Assembly: GCA_900128565.1 (NCBI GenBank)
Contig: LT635914.1
Coordinates: 1 to 64,000, forward strand
Length of the DNA stretch: 64,000 nt
Origin: Stramenopiles sp. TOSAG23-6
Lineage: Eukaryota
Direction: 5' to 3'
The notes beneath the pieces were generated by a model. The model did not search any database. It was given only the letters and a program-made list of their open reading frames with translations, and was not told the origin of the DNA. Positions within the stretch are counted from its first letter, which is position 1. Each line of letters opens with the position of its first letter. Positions 1 through 12,000 of the stretch are shown piece after piece. Position numbers and translations under genes: made by a program.

Positions 1-32
<32 letters not shown>

Positions 33-252
33 ATTTAAATTGATATTGGATATATTTTTATTATTATGATATCATTTAATAATTCAAATCAATCATTCTA
101 CATCTTTCTCTTATCCGATAGATATTTATTAGTCCAAAGGTTCACAACAATAAATGTATAAGTTATGTACTAGTATATATTCACAGATACCAAATCGGAA
201 AACATAACATACGAAGTGTTATACACCCTATCCCTAATAACTGTTTTTATGC

Positions 253-1122
253 TTAAAGAAAAAGGTTTTTACATAAATTTGCATAGTTTATATATTCTCC
301 CTCGGCAGACTCATCTATGAGAGAAGCAAAGCTTCTCCTCTCTCTAAAGTTCAGTGGAATTCCCATGGAAGTGATCACACGAATTATATCTTCTCGGAGA
401 ATTAAATTTTTATCATCAACCAACAGTTCACCACCAGAAGATTTTGCACGTTTTTCTCTATACACGTGGTTGAATAGACCTAATGCAGTCATAACCTCTG
501 CCATTTTCTTTGGATTTCTATTCTCTGGATGCTCCTTGATGTTGTCTTTTATCCATTGTCGATATTTCACACGTTTTCCTTCTACAGACTGACTAAAATC
601 GCGTTTGACATCTAGAAACACATATGGGGGGAAATATGCCAAGTCATAGGCACCGATTTTTGTTACCTTTCGTGTTTCTGTATTAATTACTGCCTTTGAG
701 CGTACGTTGAGAGGTTTAATGAAATTGGTTGTAAAGGCTAGCCAGTCTGTGTGTGATATAGTACCCCTATCGTTAACCTCCAGATAACCTTTGCTAGTGT
801 CAGAAACTCTGCACCGTTTAGCTGAATTGAACAATTTAAAGGCGTCTAATAGTTTTGGAGTGGTGAGTAAACCATTTTGTACCAATTTTGAGGACAGCAC
901 ATTCAAAAAGTCTTGTTCGGTAATGGATTTAGGATCAAGGCAAAATAGAATACGCTTGAACTCGCTAGTAGTTTGACAAAAGCCTAGAGATTGCATAGCT
1001 TGTGCAAGCTGTACAGGTGTGAGTAGTCCATCTCTATCTTTATCGAAGAAGCGGAAAGCGGCAAGATATTCTTCTTCTAACATATCGTGATCTGTTTGCT
1101 TAAACATACCACTGGATATCAT
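253..1122 (-). CDS. Divergent calmodulin-like multi-EF-hand protein (289 aa)
   Basis: AAFRFFDKDRDGLLTPVQLAQAMQSLG is a calmodulin/centrin-type EF1. The C-terminal IIRVITSMG...DESAEGEYINYANL resembles the calmodulin C-lobe. Confidence 0.8.
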   Translation of the reverse strand: MISSGMFKQTDHDMLEEEYLAAFRFFDKDRDGLLTPVQLAQAMQSLGFCQTTSEFKRILFCLDPKSITEQDFLNVLSSKLVQNGLLTTPKLLDAFKLFNSAKRCRVSDTSKGYLEVNDRGTISHTDWLAFTTNFIKPLNVRSKAVINTETRKVTKIGAYDLAYFPPYVFLDVKRDFSQSVEGKRVKYRQWIKDNIKEHPENRNPKKMAEVMTALGLFNHVYREKRAKSSGGELLVDDKNLILREDIIRVITSMGIPLNFRERRSFASLIDESAEGEYINYANLCKNLFL

Positions 1123-1367
1123 AATTATTTTTGTCGTGGTACTTTTCTAAATTAAAAAGATTTAGTTGCTTGAACAAAATTCTTTTTTCTAAGATACTCT
1201 TGATTTTTGAGATTTTTAACGGCCGTCCGTTCGGCGGTATGGTATCCCGGTAACCCTCGTCATTTATTTTCGGGTATTTACCGGAAATTAGATAAGGGCT
1301 TCTTCACCAACCACACCACACAATAGAATAGAATTAATGAAGAATTATTTTGCGTGTTAAAAAAACG

Positions 1368-2645
1368 ATGTATCAATGGGTGATGAAGAGATCAACACCA
1401 GAGAAAAGGAAGCGNCAATGTTCACCAGTACCCATGTTGTCTNTGAATAACTCTGATGGCGATGTGAGTGTTCATTCTACCACTCCTTTCAAGCGCCAAC
1501 GGTATGCCAGTGTGTATAGTTTTCACCGGAATTTGAATAATTCGAGGAGTGAAAACAGTCGTATGTCCCATGAGCATGGTACCGGTGATATTAATCGAGA
1601 AGAAGACTATAGACAAGAAGACGATAGATACTACGATACAGTGAATGACTTTGACCGTTGTTCCGTTGCGGAACTAAAGCGGCGTTTGTCTGCGCTAGGA
1701 GTAAATTTTGCGCACTGCACTGACCACGCAGATATGAAGTCACTTTTGCGAGAGCGAATGATGAGAATTGGCGAATCAGAGAATAATCTTACATCTTGCT
1801 TAGATACTGACAAAGAAGCTAAAGTAGCCAAAGTACACGCCCATCTTCAATTTAAACCTCACAAAACAGAAATAGGAAAAAACACTAAAAAAGACGAAAG
1901 TAACATGAAATCAGCACATAACCCTAACCCTACCGTAAAAAAATGTAATAGCAATATTGAAAATATGGGACAGTTGCATAATAAGACTGGACGTAAAAAG
2001 GAAGGTAGTCTTCCTGATAAATCTGATGAACCACAGAATAGCATAACAAGACTTCCGAAGAGAAAACTTGAGGAAAGCAAAATCCAACACAATTATTCTG
2101 GAAACCGGGTAAATCCAACAACTGGTACAGAGAAACAGGCTGTCGTCGAAGAAAAAGAATCGCATTCTGTACAACTTGTATCNCATCCATTAAAAAAACG
2201 TCGAATTATTCATAGTAATCAAGATAAAAATAATAACGAAAAGCAGAAAATAGAATTAGTAAATACACGAAATACCAGTAAAAGCGAAAAATCGACTAGT
2301 AAAAGAAAATATGCATTCATTTCCGATGGTGTATCTGAAAGCACTAGTACTAGTGGTGGTGAAAGTGATGCTCCACTAAAAAAATTTTGCTCAGATGTAA
2401 ACGATAATGAAAAAAATAGTGATGGTGGCAGTAGTTCTAATGTCAGTAGCANTATTTGTGGTGGTACTTCCGATAATTATGTAAAAGAGCCCAACCCTAA
2501 CCCTAAGTTTTTTGATCAAGAAGGTCATCAAGAAGGTATTGAACAGAAAACGGAAGGAGGAGAACAAACTGTAAATAGTTCAAAGTCGTCTCTTTTGACA
2601 AAAAAAACCTGGCGCAGTTTACGGCAATTATCTGTGGACGAATAA
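1368..2645 (+). CDS. Hypothetical low-complexity protein with a SAP/HeH-like motif
   Basis: Long ORF with first ATG at 1368. Motif CSVAELKRRLSALGVNFAHCTDHADMKSLL, K/R clusters (PLKKRR), otherwise S/N/K/E-rich. Confidence 0.6.
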   Translation: MYQWVMKRSTPEKRKXQCSPVPMLSXNNSDGDVSVHSTTPFKRQRYASVYSFHRNLNNSRSENSRMSHEHGTGDINREEDYRQEDDRYYDTVNDFDRCSVAELKRRLSALGVNFAHCTDHADMKSLLRERMMRIGESENNLTSCLDTDKEAKVAKVHAHLQFKPHKTEIGKNTKKDESNMKSAHNPNPTVKKCNSNIENMGQLHNKTGRKKEGSLPDKSDEPQNSITRLPKRKLEESKIQHNYSGNRVNPTTGTEKQAVVEEKESHSVQLVXHPLKKRRIIHSNQDKNNNEKQKIELVNTRNTSKSEKSTSKRKYAFISDGVSESTSTSGGESDAPLKKFCSDVNDNEKNSDGGSSSNVSSXICGGTSDNYVKEPNPNPKFFDQEGHQEGIEQKTEGGEQTVNSSKSSLLTKKTWRSLRQLSVDE

Positions 2646-2951
2646 TTCAAAGATTCTCTCTTTGACAACACAATTAGTCTATTGATTACATGATGAGATT
2701 TGTAACTAATAAAAATGTTCTAAACAATTAAANTTTNTCTAANTTTTTNGTTGTGGAACCGGGTACCTAAAAAAAATGTAACGTTTTTTTCGTTAGTAAA
2801 AATTTGCACTCTTGTACTAGTATCAATGAAAGTCTTTAAGTAAATATCCAACACGAATAGTCATCACAAAATAGTAATTTTTTAGTATTGATTACACACA
2901 TTGCGATAAAGGCTTGATTGACGAATAGGCATTTTTGATTATATTTTCTTC

Positions 2952-5850
2952 ATGCCAGCCACAGTTGATTCTAGTGAAGATGAGGAAAAGAATAGAAAAG
3001 AAGAGATCCAGCGACGAAAAAAAGCAGAGCTTAAGGAACTACTCACTAAACCTATAGTCTCTGCTGATGAAGATGCTTTCAACGAAGCAATATCTGGATT
3101 TGGGGGAGTNTATAAGATGCTACAAGCTCAAGGTGGTATGGGTAATTTTAAGCCTGAATTTGAAAAGTTATTTGAAAAAATTGGGAAACAATTTAAATCT
3201 GAAGTTGAACAAGTAAAAAAAACTTGCGAACTGATAAAGGACACAGAAGACAAAATATTGAAACTTGGTGGGCTCAAAAAACAAACCGAAGAGAGCGATT
3301 TTAGAGCAAATAATGTTAAGCGAGATATCAAAAAGTTTCAAGTTGAAATCAAACAATGTCAAGATTCAGAGGATATTGCTCGCGCGGAGATTAATAAACT
3401 TTCTATAAATATTTCTGATTTAGAGGACGAGATGGAAGTTGGTCCTGGCCTGACAAAGAATCAAAAGCTTGAATTATCTAATTTAGAAGATGAACGTGAT
3501 CAGAAACAACTTGAGTTGCAAGCATTGACGCAAGCATTGACAAACGTTCGATTCAAAACGTCGGGGCTTTCTGAACATGTATGTTTTATNTTTTTTCAAT
3601 TTCGAATTTATATTTTTTCATACGAAATTCCGTACCTAACGATTTTTTTTTGTGTCATATTTTTTCCAATACATGTAGAAATTAAACAACACGAACTTAC
3701 TGAAGTGACCTCTGCGGCAAAAGCTTTAGAAGGAGAAGTAAAAACATGTGAAGCACAGATTATTAGTGCACAAAACAAAAAGGATCGTTTTGATAAACAG
3801 TTAAAAATTCAGCGAGTTGAACTCCAACGTTTGCAAGCAATAGTCCAAACCAAAACAGTTAAAATCGATGAATCTACTAGTTTAAATGATAAATTTGAGT
3901 CAAAACAAAAAATAGCAGAACTCCAAATTGGTGTTTACCTCAAAGACTATGATGCTTTATTTCAGCAAATCAAAAAAGTTGAAGAAGATATTGAGGAGAG
4001 AATTCACACAAATGATCTCATTGAGCAAGGAAATGCTAGACGGTTAAAAGAATGCGGACAACGACAAAAAGAAGTTAGAGAAATCGAAAAAGAAATTCGC
4101 CGAGTTCGGAAACTGAAGAAGTTAACTGTTAAAAGGTACGAAGAAGCTGATCAGCGTATGCTTCGCTATGATAAAGTAAATGCTGATCTCCGAGCAAAGA
4201 TGTCAGGTGTNGAAGCAGCAATTGAAGTTGAAAAAAAGTTAGCGGATTCATTAAAAAAGGCGGCNGCAGATCATGAGCGAGATCGTACATTCTTGAATAA
4301 GAAACTTACAAAGGAAGAAATAGCAACAAAAGGAACNCATGATTTAGTTAAAGTTGCAGAAAACACCATAAAAAATGTTGGGCGAGATATGTATGTTTTA
4401 TTTTTTTTGTACGAAATTTTTTTTTCGTACGAAATGTTGTACCTAACAAAAATTAATTTTTTTTTGAAATATTTTTCCAAAATACATTCAACTATTTAAG
4501 GTCTCGGCGCGTAAACAGCGCGAAAGGATCGAAGCTTTAGAAATTGAGAGAGACAAATATGAGAAAGAATGCCATTTGGTAAATCAAAAATACTATGCTG
4601 CTCTTGAAGATGTTCGCCTGCATGAGCTTCAAGTAGTTGAAGAACAGAAAAAGATTGCAGNGGGTGAAAGTCGTATTAAAAAGCAGCAAAATTTGTATGA
4701 AGGGGTCCGGAGTGATCGTAATTTATACTCGAAGCAACTTATTGAATCCCATGAAGAAATAGCCGAAATGAAACGTAAATTTAAGATTCTTGTTCAAGTA
4801 ATTGAACAACAAAAAGAAGAAATCACTTCGAAAGACCAAGATCTTCTAAAAGAACATTTTGCTCATGTCAAGGTTTGTAAAGATGTTAAACGTCTTAGAA
4901 ATGATATTACGCGAGTACGCAAGCAAATCCTATCCTCCGATCAAATTCTCAGCACTCAAAAAGATGAAGTTCGGAAACTCAAAGCCATCATTCAGGAAGC
5001 TGACGGTGAAACTGCAAGGTCGTCAAAGGAGTTCACAGCTGTTGTAAATGAACGGGATATTCTTGGTGCGCAACTTATACGCCGAAATGAAGAGTTGGCT
5101 AAACTTTATGAAAAAATTAAGATTCAAAGATCAACACTATCCAAAGGTGAGTGGCAATATTCTCAAACTCAAGCAAGAGCCGAGGCATTGAAAGATGCAT
5201 TGGTCATTGCAAAAGAACGTCTTGATTATCTCAAGAGTAATGTTCTTGATCTATCATCAATGAAAACTAGGCAATATAGTCTTGAAAAAGAGATTTTGAG
5301 GGAGAAGGCCAAAATCACTGCTTTATCGACAGAATTAGAACGTCCAATGAATATACATAGATGGCGAAAACTTGCNGGTACCGACCCAAAACGATTTGGG
5401 CTCATTCAAAAAATCCAAAGAAAGCAAAAGCAACTACTGTCAAAAACACAGGAAGTGATAGAAAGAGACCTATTAATACAAGAAAAAGAAAGATTATATG
5501 TTGAATTGAAGAATATTCTAGCGAGNCAGCCAGGGCCTGAAGTTGCCGAGCAGCTAACGATATATGAAGAAAACCTAAAAGAAAAACGACACCAAATGAA
5601 AAAAATGGATAACGAACTTGACATGTATAAGCACCAAGTTGAAGAATTAAAACATGATATTGAGCAAATTTCAGAACGAATGATTTCGATGAAGAAAGAT
5701 TATTTTAGAAAGATGCGGAAGCAACAACAAGATATGCAAATACAACAACAACAACTACATTTGGAACAACAGAGTCAACAGCATCAAATACAAATGCAAC
5801 AGAAAATGGAATTATTTCAAAATGAAATTAATGAAAGTGAACAAAAATAA
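2952..5850 (+). CDS. CFAP58: Cilia- and flagella-associated protein 58, 3 exons (2952-3578, 3675-4390, 4488-5850; about 901 aa)
   Basis: Coiled coil with family motifs KQQNLYEGVRSDRNLYSK, ERDILGAQLIRRNEELAKLYEKIKIQ, PMNIHRWRKL and QPGPEVAEQL. Two ORFs are joined by removing two T-rich introns. Confidence 0.92.
3579..3674 (+). other. CFAP58 intron 1 (96 nt, non-canonical GT..AT / AT..AC; boundary slides within an ACATGTA direct repeat)
   Basis: GTATGT donor, TACCTAAC branch-like motif and T tracts. Read-through inserts 32 hydrophobic residues into a coiled coil. Confidence 0.8.
4391..4487 (+). other. CFAP58 intron 2 (97 nt, probably non-canonical GT..AT / AT..AC)
   Basis: GTATGT donor and TACCTAAC motif. 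Removal joins the two frames as NVGRD-IQLFKVSARKQR. Confidence 0.78.
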
Positions 5851-6055
5851 AAATCATGTTTCATTGTACAAACCTGTCCAATATTTTCATACGTTGTTGT
5901 AACGTTAACGTTTATTTTCTTTTTTGATACCCTCGAAATTAGTATCTAATAGCTAGTATCAAAATTTCTTAGATTCAATTCATCGATATACGTCCAAATT
6001 TTACTCGCACATAGTATTAGAGAAAATGCAACAACAGTAAGTGAGCATCTANACA

Positions 6056-9000
6056 ATGTTGGGAAACGCTTCAGAGCCTCGAGNGTTTGCCAAAGANTTG
6101 CCAGAGATGGAGGGTTTTGATGTTGTTGGTTCATTCTTTGGTCGTGGTTCTGGTCATACTANCAAAAAGTCTACGGCTGTAGAAGTAGAAAACGCAAAGA
6201 CAGCTAAACATGAAATAGTTCCTCAAATTGATAACGATGTGCAGAACCGTATAGAAGTTCCAGAGAAGAAGAAGAAGAAGAAGATAAGAAAGAAGAAAAG
6301 TCGCAAAGAACTTTGCAAAGAACAGATTGCCCAGGAGAGGTTCCCAGCCGCAATCACCACAGCCAAGAAAGGTATTCTAATGAACCCTAAAGATATAGAG
6401 ATGCATAAATTGCTTGCAATGGCCGAGCGCATGGAGAGACAGAGAACAGAACATGTCTCTGCTAGCTGGCTAAAGAGACGAATCCGCAAAAATCGGCANC
6501 CAGTTCTGAAAATAAGTGAGTTCGATACTAGTAAAACATTTGAGCATACGGAACCAATGAATGCTTCAGCCGACATAATACCGCGACCAGATCCAGTGAA
6601 TCCTGGAGCCACACAAATAACGGCAAAGCANATGCAACGAGGAAGAAAAGCAAAGGANAGTAGCATGAAGCTATCAGACTCAAAATCTATTCCATACCAT
6701 GTAAAGAAACAAGAAGATTTCANACGATACAATAAATCTTTGCAACGACTGAGAACAACTGGAAACCCTAGTTCATCAGAAATGCGAACTCAAACGAAAT
6801 ACGGCAACTCTGGCAACCAGTATAAGCAAAGAATACGTCCTTCTACAGCCCCTGCAATGTTATCAAAAGAGAAGAAAGTAAGCGGGAAATCGGGGAATAT
6901 TAATTATCAGAGGCAAAGAAAACTATTGGCAACGTTTGGTATACCTTTTGACTTAGAATCAAAAACTCGANGTTATGNTAACAATAGAAAAGCTTTTTCT
7001 GCCCAACGTGGGATGCGTCCGTCGACATCATGTTCACCTCGNAAAAAATATTTTANGGGAGATAAAAAANAAAAATCTACTTCATTGTCACCTAGACGTC
7101 GCAGTAATAATTCTAGGTTTCCAGATGTTGAAGAAGTATACCCCATAAAAATTAACTCGCATGTACATTTGCCACATTTAAACATCAAAATGCCTATACC
7201 TATTCAAACGCTTCATGCTCACCACATACACAATGATTGCACCGAAATTCGATTGTCGTCTCACTACACCAATATTTCTTCAAAGCAAATGTCACAAGGG
7301 AAGACGAGACAAAAACCTATCAATCAAAAAAATGCAAANCAAAGAGAACTCATATTAATGCATAGAGAGGACTGTGCATCACATCATTGTATGATATGGG
7401 GTGAAGGAGAGGCTGCCCTTCGAGCACATGGATTTCAACGGAATGTATACATTTATTTGGCATCNGTAGGAAAGGGATTTGAAGAAGAACATTGGGTTTT
7501 CCACAATGTAGTAGTCCCATTATTGAATCGCCGACTGAAAGAAAAAAACTTGTGTATACNTGTTCAACTAAAAGATGGATCTCACGTTGAAACGTCACTT
7601 AATTTGTTGGAAAATATGCAGCGTGGTATCAAAACATGTAAACCATTCTATGTTGCGTTGATTGGTGAAGAATATGGGTGGATTCCGGATACAAAATTGT
7701 GTGGTGCTAACGGTGTGAGATCTCTCTTTCACATGACAATAAAAGCAATGAATCGTTCAGCACTTCCAAGTCATCGTTTCATATACAACCGAATATTGAA
7801 AAATAATACAAAAATCAGTAAGGAGAATTNGAATTTAAATCTTTTGGAAATTGATATTAAATCATATGATGAAAAGTTTTCTAAATCTTGTAGAAATACT
7901 TATGAATGTAGACAAGGGGCACTCAATGAGGTGAATAGTATAGACAGACTTAGTTTAAATACATTGGCAAGTATAGCAATTGATGACATATTTGAGGCTT
8001 TACAGTACGAGTTTGGATTTGATTGTAGTCCTTGCACTTATGGTTTACCTGGAAACTACGACTCTGTCAAAACATCACAATCAAAATTAGAAGTTTCAGG
8101 GCATAAATTGTTAATTCAAGAAAGTTTTCTTCACCAACACCTTGTATCACAATATACATCTCAATATGTACCATATTTCAGTGATGATTTTAATGACCGA
8201 GTAGTTGATGAAATAATGGATGAATTGTGGACAGCAGGTGAACACGGAAAACCTTTAGTGTGGGAAAGGCCCCTTAATCTTGCCGGTATTGGCGTGACAA
8301 CACTATGTGCGAAGATAGCTCATGTATGTCCTAAAGTTTGTAAAGAAAAGGAGCGCAATAGTGTAATTTCTTTATCTCATTTTGTTGGTGCATCACCTAA
8401 TAGTTATGATTGTAGACGTATGCTATTCCGTTTGTGTTTTGAACTTCAANCACGTTTTGAAATTTGTGTCAATACTAGAATCCCAGGAGAATACTCCAGC
8501 CTCCGGCCGTATTTTTTTAATTTGCTTGATAAAGTTGCNCTTAAAGCTGAAAGAGATAACCTTCAATTATTGATATGCATTGATGATGCTCATAAGTTAA
8601 GTGTTCCGTACAAGTCTGAAGAATTTGACTGGATACCTTATCGCTTTCGAAACAATGGCCATATTATGATTATGATCACCATGCCTATGGGGAAATTACC
8701 GAAAGGAAAACCAGAAACTGCNGTATTTGACATCAAACATTTACTACCATCTGGCAAGACCTTGATAAAATTTAGTACTCTAGTGGTAAAATCTTTNATC
8801 AGAAGATCGAATATTGCCAGCAAATCTTTATTNCATAGAAATATAGATAATACACTTATCTCATTGATTGATATGNTGTCCAACACAGAATTTCAAAACA
8901 TCACAATTACACCTCTATATCTGGAAATTGCAACATATATTTTCTTTTCTGAAGACTTAGGGGTTTCACGCAAATCTTTTCCGAACAGTTTGGACGGAAT

Positions 9001-12000
9001 AATTAATTGTGTTATAACACATTTTGAAGAAACATTCGGATATGACGTTACTTGCAATTTATTCTCATTAATTCACTTATCGCTTTTTGGTATTTTTACG
9101 TGTGATATTCCTAACATCTTGAAGATAGTAGAAACTANTCGGAAGCAATCATATACTAAAAAAGGGTTGCTTGATGCACTAATTTCAAGTATGCGAGGTT
9201 TTCTACAACTTGTAGAACTGAGTCCGTATCCAAACATGTTGTGTATACANCATGAAAGAATATCACAGATTATAGAAGCGAAATACTTGGGAGGTCCAGG
9301 TTCGGCTAATCGTGACATTTATGTTAGTGCTCTGGTACAATGGTGCAGAAGTGTTTCGGATCCATATTGTGATTATTCTTTCCGTAAGCCAAATCCATAT
9401 GCCCTTCAGGTGTATCCATTTTATCTTTGCCAACTGCAAGATCCCTCGAAAATGGGATTTCTCCAAATATGTTCAGTCTTTTGCAATTTGAGATTTCTCA
9501 AGGCCTATATNGTATTAGATGGTGCATCTGTGTATGAACTTATTGATCATTTTCANTATTTACTTCCAAATATCTTAGCCAAGCCGAATTTAATTTGTGA
9601 ATCTTTTATAAATTCTGAAAAGCTGAAGCCTTTAACTGAGAATGTAATTACAANTGAGAATGGGACGAGNACTAAGATTCTACCAGATTGTCTACGATCT
9701 CGAAGAGGGGAAATTGTCCAAGGCATTCAAAAGTATTTAACCTCAAAGGGAAACGAAAATTCTAAGCCAGTGAAATCAGCAATTCCAAAAATGCTACGCT
9801 TCCCTGAAATTAGTATTGATAATACGTTAAAGCGTTTCACTACAATGTTCACAAAATCTATTACAGAGCATTTTTTCTTTCTCAGAGAGCGATCAATAGA
9901 ACTGAATTCATCTCCTACAAAGATTTTCCAGCAAGCTTTGGGNAGTCAGGGTATCTCATCCATTGCGGCGGACTTTTGTACAAGTACATTGGAATCAAAT
10001 ATTGACACATTTGGCGCCTGTCCCATACTGATTCAACAGAAACTTCTATGCAAAGATACTGAACGAAAAGACGCTAANCATGTTTATGCTGATATGAGAA
10101 TGAATGTAATGTGTATGTCTCCGAATAAAGCTCAAGCTTTAATCGGATTTGAGAATGCAAATCTACAAATAATAACTATAGATGAAACAATGACAGTAGA
10201 TAAAAGCTTAGAAGGTCACACTTCTGGGATAACAAGTGTTTCGTGGTGCAGAGAGTGCATAGCTTCAGGTGATAGAGCTGGGGATATTCTTATTTGGAAN
10301 AGCCCAGAGTATGAACTAACTTCCCGTATTGANGGGGGTCATAGCTCTTCCTCNGTTTCAGATATTTCATTGACATATAATGGACTTTGGATTGTATCAG
10401 TATCTTCCGACTCCGCAATAAGATTCTGGAATTGCAAGAAATCCTCNGAGCAAGTAACTTCGTGGTCTGCAGCGTATGAATTAAGTCAGTTTACTGCGGT
10501 TGATTTTTCCCCATTTGGCGATAAGTGTGCTGTTGGTAATATCACTGGCAATATCATTTTATTTGATACTGATNATATTTCCGGGAGCAAAATTGTCATC
10601 GAAATAAAATATACAGCACACCATTTGGACAGAGTGACGTCATTGACTTGGCANCAAAGCAACGACGTGTTTTGCACTACTTCGTTAGACGGATGTGCCA
10701 TGCTGTGGAGTACAACAGGTAATATGTTCCTAGGTAAGAACCCAAATAACGGTGGTTGTATTTGTGTACTACGAGAAGATAAGGGTCATTCACGTGGCTT
10801 ATTAAGCGCGGCGTTTAANGATGAAAAAGAAGGAGAACTTATTACATGCGGGCTAGATAATAGTATTTTGCTCTGGGATATTAAGAAATGCAAAGTAATT
10901 CGATCTATTAGTGGACATAATGATGCAGTAAGCGGTTGTGATTTCCTCCATGATGGGACCATCACCAGTTGTAGCCACGACACTACTGTGCGGTTATTTC
11001 TCCATACAGGAATGCAGTTAGGTTCTTCTTCAGATAAACGGTTGATGCTGAATGGGAAAACCCACAAACATTCTAATNGGGTTATGTGCTGTAAAGTAAG
11101 TCATGATTCTCGGTACGTTGCGTGTGGTTCACTAGACTTATCGTTACATTTATGGGATATACAATTGAATCAATTAGCATGTAAACTCAAAGGGCATATA
11201 GATTCAGTCTTATCAATTGCATTTGCATCACCCCAAAAGNGTGGCGAAATAATACTTTTCTCAGGCGGTGATGACGTTGATTCAAAAATTGTTGCGTGGA
11301 AATTTTCCACGGCCATTCAAAGCAAGANAAAGAAGCAACCACATGCATCCTTACTAGCATCCGAATTAAGCACAATGGCCGCACACAACACAGGTATAAC
11401 ATGCTTAGTTGTGAATGAAGACCGTCTTATTTCGGGGGATAAAAACTCACTCATTGCAATTTGGGGATCTGGTAGCAAAACTAACGCATGGTCAAATCCT
11501 NAAAAACTGTATAATGTAAATTTGAAGTTTGGTCCTATTTCTTCATTCGTGCTTTCCACTAATAGTGGTGAAGATGGAAGTTACTTAGTAGTAATGAATG
11601 ATGTGGGGGTGGTGAACACACATTGCGTGGATCTTGAAAATAGTTCACTATCTTTACGTAATGCAACACCAAATTGGAATGCTTCCAATCACCCAAAACT
11701 TCGAGGTAGATTAAGCGCCATGTGCATTGCAGCAGATGGAAATTTAATTGCAATTGGTGATGATATTTCTAACATTGCAGTNTGGAATACCCTAAGTTTG
11801 GCTAGAAAACCAGAAATCTCGACACTGCCTGGTGCATTTGCTGGACATTCTGCGGCAATATCGACGCTAGCATTTTCACCAAATCTCATGTTTCTTGTAT
11901 CTGGAGGTTATGATCAACGAATGATGTTATGGTGCCCCNTTACTGGGTATAGGTACTGTGAATATAAGTTTTATGTTTGTATTACTGCAATATTTGTTTC

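Noticed and set aside
1-27. Poly(A) run as the tail of a retrocopy or mRNA
   Set aside because: Intergenic homopolymer between convergent genes (see 32054-32080); no target-site duplication or retroelement is evident.
1919-2506. Telomere-like AACCCTAACCCTA at about 1920 and 2493
   Set aside because: Only two units each, in frame within an ORF (NPNP). Not a telomere or array, and unrelated to the fold-back points.
3577-4485. Classical U12 (minor spliceosome) AT-AC introns
   Set aside because: The 5' ends read ATGTATGT, not ATATCCTT, and the branch motif lacks TCCTTAAC. A U2-type GTATGT donor lies 2 nt inside.
5720-5805. CAA-rich stretch at the CFAP58 3' end
   Set aside because: Ordinary polyglutamine-rich low-complexity tail.
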